From assembly GCA_964525295.1 (NCBI GenBank), contig CAZGEO010000002.1:324551-383677 (forward strand): a stretch of DNA of 59,127 bases, given 5' to 3'. The DNA comes from an uncultured Candidatus Saccharibacteria bacterium. Lineage in GTDB: Bacteria > Patescibacteriota > Dojkabacteria > GCA-002793355. The translations under genes and the position numbers were made by a program. The notes beneath the pieces are model-generated. The model saw only the letters and a list, made by a program, of their open reading frames with translations. It had not been told where the DNA came from and did no database searches. Shown piece by piece: positions 56,808-59,127 of this stretch; position 1 is the first letter of the stretch; each line of letters starts with the position of its first letter.

Positions 56808-59127
56808 ATGAAATTTCCTTTCATAAAGAAACTTTTCGCGTTTCTTGCTGTTTTTACCTTGATTCTCACTCAACTAAACCCAGTTCATGCAATAGATTAC
56901 ACAAATACTGATGCAAATAAAGTTATTGGCCAACCAGATTTTTCGCAAAATCTATCATTTAGAAAAGGATTGTGGTCGCCAACAAGTATTCATTCTGCAG
57001 ATGGAAAACTCTACGTTTCTGAATATGGAACATGTAGAGTTTTAGGATATAACACTCTCCCTACAACTAATCACTCAACTGTCGATTTTGCCATAGGAAA
57101 AAATTCTATAGACGTAGATTGCATAAACCTTGGAGTTGCGACATCCACAAACAATGCTGAAACTAAGCGCGTATATATTTCGGGCGGAAAGATGTTCGTT
57201 TTAGATGGAGGAAATAACAGAGTATTAATCTATAATACTATTCCAACCGCGAATGGTGCGACTGCCGATGTAGTTCTCGGTCAACCCAATTTCACAACCA
57301 ATACCGTTAATACAGGTGGAATTTCAGCAAGTTCATTAAATATTACCTCAAATGCGTATTTAGGCGATTTATTTGTAGACGGAACGAAACTTTTTGTCGC
57401 AGATTCAGTTAATAATAGAGTATTAATTTGGAATACTATTCCTACCGTAAATAATACCCCCGCAGACGTTGTATTAGGTCAACCAAATTTTACTACTAAT
57501 ACTGCCAATAATGGAGGTATCTCTGCGAGTAGTATGTATAGTCCTCGTGGAGTATTTGTAGATTCTGGAAAATTATATGTTTCAGATAGAACAAATAATA
57601 GAATATTAATTTGGAATACTATCCCAACAGTAAACAACACCCCAGCAGATGTTGTTTTAGGGCAGCCAAATTTTTCGAGCGGTACAGCAAATAACGGCGG
57701 AGTTTCAGCAACAAGTCTCAATGGGCCACATAAGATAGACATTAAAGATGGTAAACTTTTTGTACCTGATGCAAGCAATAATAGAATTCTGATTTGGAAT
57801 ACCGTACCAACAACAAATGGCATCCCTGCGGACGTTGTATTAGGCCAGCCAAATTTTACTACAACAACCATAAATTACGGAGGTATCTCAGCAAGCAGTT
57901 TATATGCACCTATTCACACCTTAGTCGTTGCTGGTAAACTATATATTGCAGATTCTGCAAACAATCGCGTATTAGTACATAATACTGTGCCAACGACTAA
58001 CAATGAATCAGCTGATATGGTAATTGGTCAAGACACATTTTCTCAGAATTTACTAAAAAACGGTGGAAAAGAAGTTTTTAGCTATCCGAATCACCTAATT
58101 ACTCCTGACGGAAAATTGATAGTAGCTGATGCATATAACCATCGTTTACTAATCTGGAATGCCATGCCAACTACCTCATATCCTTTGTCACCGGATGTAA
58201 TTGTCGGTCAACCTGATATGTTAACCGCCATTGCAAACAATGGTGGTATTTCAGCAACTTCACTCAACATGCCTCGTACACCAATGTTGTGTGGCAGCAA
58301 ATTATTATTATCTGATTATTCGAATCATAGAATACTTATATGGAACAGCATTCCAGCGACCAATAATACTCCAGCCGATTTAGTTTTGGGGCAACCAAAC
58401 TTTACCAGCAATACTGCAAACAATGGAGGCAGATCAGCGAATTCATTGTATTATCCTCAACTTTCTATATGCTATGGAGAAAAATTGATTGTTGCTGATT
58501 ACGCAAATCATCGAATACTTGTCTGGAATTCGTTTCCGACAACAAATAACGCTCCCGCAGATTTAGTCTTAGGACAACCAAATTTCACCAGTGGTACCGC
58601 AAACAATGGAGGTATTTCCAATAAAACTTTGAATGGTCCAAATTCATCAAGCATAACAAACGATGGTAAACTTATAGTAGTAGATTACTTTAACGCAAGA
58701 ATCTTAATCTGGAATACATTTCCAACGACATCCTTCGTTGAAGCTGATTTGGTATTAGGACAGCCAAATTTCACTAGTAACACAGCGAATAATGGTGGCA
58801 TTTCGGCAAAGTCATTATATTGGCCACAAAATATTTACTATGATGGTACTAGATTACTTGTAGCTGATTACGGTAACAATAGAGTTTTAGGTTTCAACAG
58901 CATCCCGACCAGTAATTTCGCTGAGGCAGATTTTGTTATTGGGCAGGAATCATTTACCACTTCCGTTGAAGAAGTCTCAATCAATCGAGTTCGAAGACCT
59001 ATCATGGTAAGTACTTACAATGGTAGAGTATATGTTTCGGATAGTAACGATCGCATTATTGCTTTTCCCTTCGGCCCCCAAGAATCAGCAGTAGAAGCAC
59101 CTGCAAAGACCTTAATCCGCGATATCA
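56808..59127 (+). CDS. Large secreted NHL-repeat (beta-propeller) protein, 3'-truncated; absent from the ORF track
   Basis: ATG 56808 with signal peptide MKFPFIKKLFAFLAVFTLILTQLNPVHA. Frame is open to the window end (checked at 57231, 58200 and 59100). About 12 repeats of ~60 aa with consensus KLxVAD..NNRILIWNTIPT.NN.PADVVLGQPNFT..TANNGGISA.SL..P. Confidence 0.92.
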   Translation, partial: MKFPFIKKLFAFLAVFTLILTQLNPVHAIDYTNTDANKVIGQPDFSQNLSFRKGLWSPTSIHSADGKLYVSEYGTCRVLGYNTLPTTNHSTVDFAIGKNSIDVDCINLGVATSTNNAETKRVYISGGKMFVLDGGNNRVLIYNTIPTANGATADVVLGQPNFTTNTVNTGGISASSLNITSNAYLGDLFVDGTKLFVADSVNNRVLIWNTIPTVNNTPADVVLGQPNFTTNTANNGGISASSMYSPRGVFVDSGKLYVSDRTNNRILIWNTIPTVNNTPADVVLGQPNFSSGTANNGGVSATSLNGPHKIDIKDGKLFVPDASNNRILIWNTVPTTNGIPADVVLGQPNFTTTTINYGGISASSLYAPIHTLVVAGKLYIADSANNRVLVHNTVPTTNNESADMVIGQDTFSQNLLKNGGKEVFSYPNHLITPDGKLIVADAYNHRLLIWNAMPTTSYPLSPDVIVGQPDMLTAIANNGGISATSLNMPRTPMLCGSKLLLSDYSNHRILIWNSIPATNNTPADLVLGQPNFTSNTANNGGRSANSLYYPQLSICYGEKLIVADYANHRILVWNSFPTTNNAPADLVLGQPNFTSGTANNGGISNKTLNGPNSSSITNDGKLIVVDYFNARILIWNTFPTTSFVEADLVLGQPNFTSNTANNGGISAKSLYWPQNIYYDGTRLLVADYGNNRVLGFNSIPTSNFAEADFVIGQESFTTSVEEVSINRVRRPIMVSTYNGRVYVSDSNDRIIAFPFGPQESAVEAPAKTLIRDI

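Noticed and set aside
57479-57871. 130-aa minus-strand repetitive ORF
   Set aside because: Antisense shadow of the NHL-repeat gene.
56900-59000. CRISPR-like or DGR-like repeat array
   Set aside because: The repeats are in-frame ~180-nt protein repeats; there is no spacer structure, cas gene or reverse transcriptase in the window.
1-59127. Recoded genetic code (TGA=Gly, as in Gracilibacteria/Absconditabacteria)
   Set aside because: Conserved proteins are full-length in code 11 and several end correctly at TGA (for example the ABC-2 permease at 24120 and tag's upstream partner).

Overview
AT-rich, gene-dense bacterial chromosomal window in standard code 11. Its features point to a Patescibacteria/CPR-like genome (inference): many ORFans, a TrmB-type regulator, a CxxC-x17-CxxC protein, tRNAs without encoded CCA and pervasive leaderless genes. 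It contains about 60 credible CDS. Housekeeping genes include the ftsW 3' end, rplS, rnhA, rnhB, mutL, tag, a Dus, an RlmD-like methyltransferase, a class A PBP, YvcK and Hsp20 with a CIRCE box. There are also three two-component modules, an ABC-2 exporter, an ABC-F, four Nudix hydrolases, HD and HAD nucleotidases, a WYL-like + OLD-nuclease pair and a large NHL-repeat surface protein that the ORF track missed. Four tRNAs are present: Thr-CGT, Asp-GTC, Leu-GAG and Pro-TGG. The most striking signal is non-coding. Thr, Asp and Leu are each followed by a copy of the same ~135-160 nt motif with covarying helices. Asp, Leu and Pro are each followed, 229-843 bp downstream, by a duplication of their own 3' end that begins in the T-loop. 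This looks like a family of integrase-less, tRNA-T-loop-targeting mini-elements carrying a structured RNA; one of them (Pro) encloses a Nudix gene. No CRISPR array, cas gene, integrase, transposase or reverse transcriptase was seen. All homology calls come from motif recognition by eye; no database search was run.
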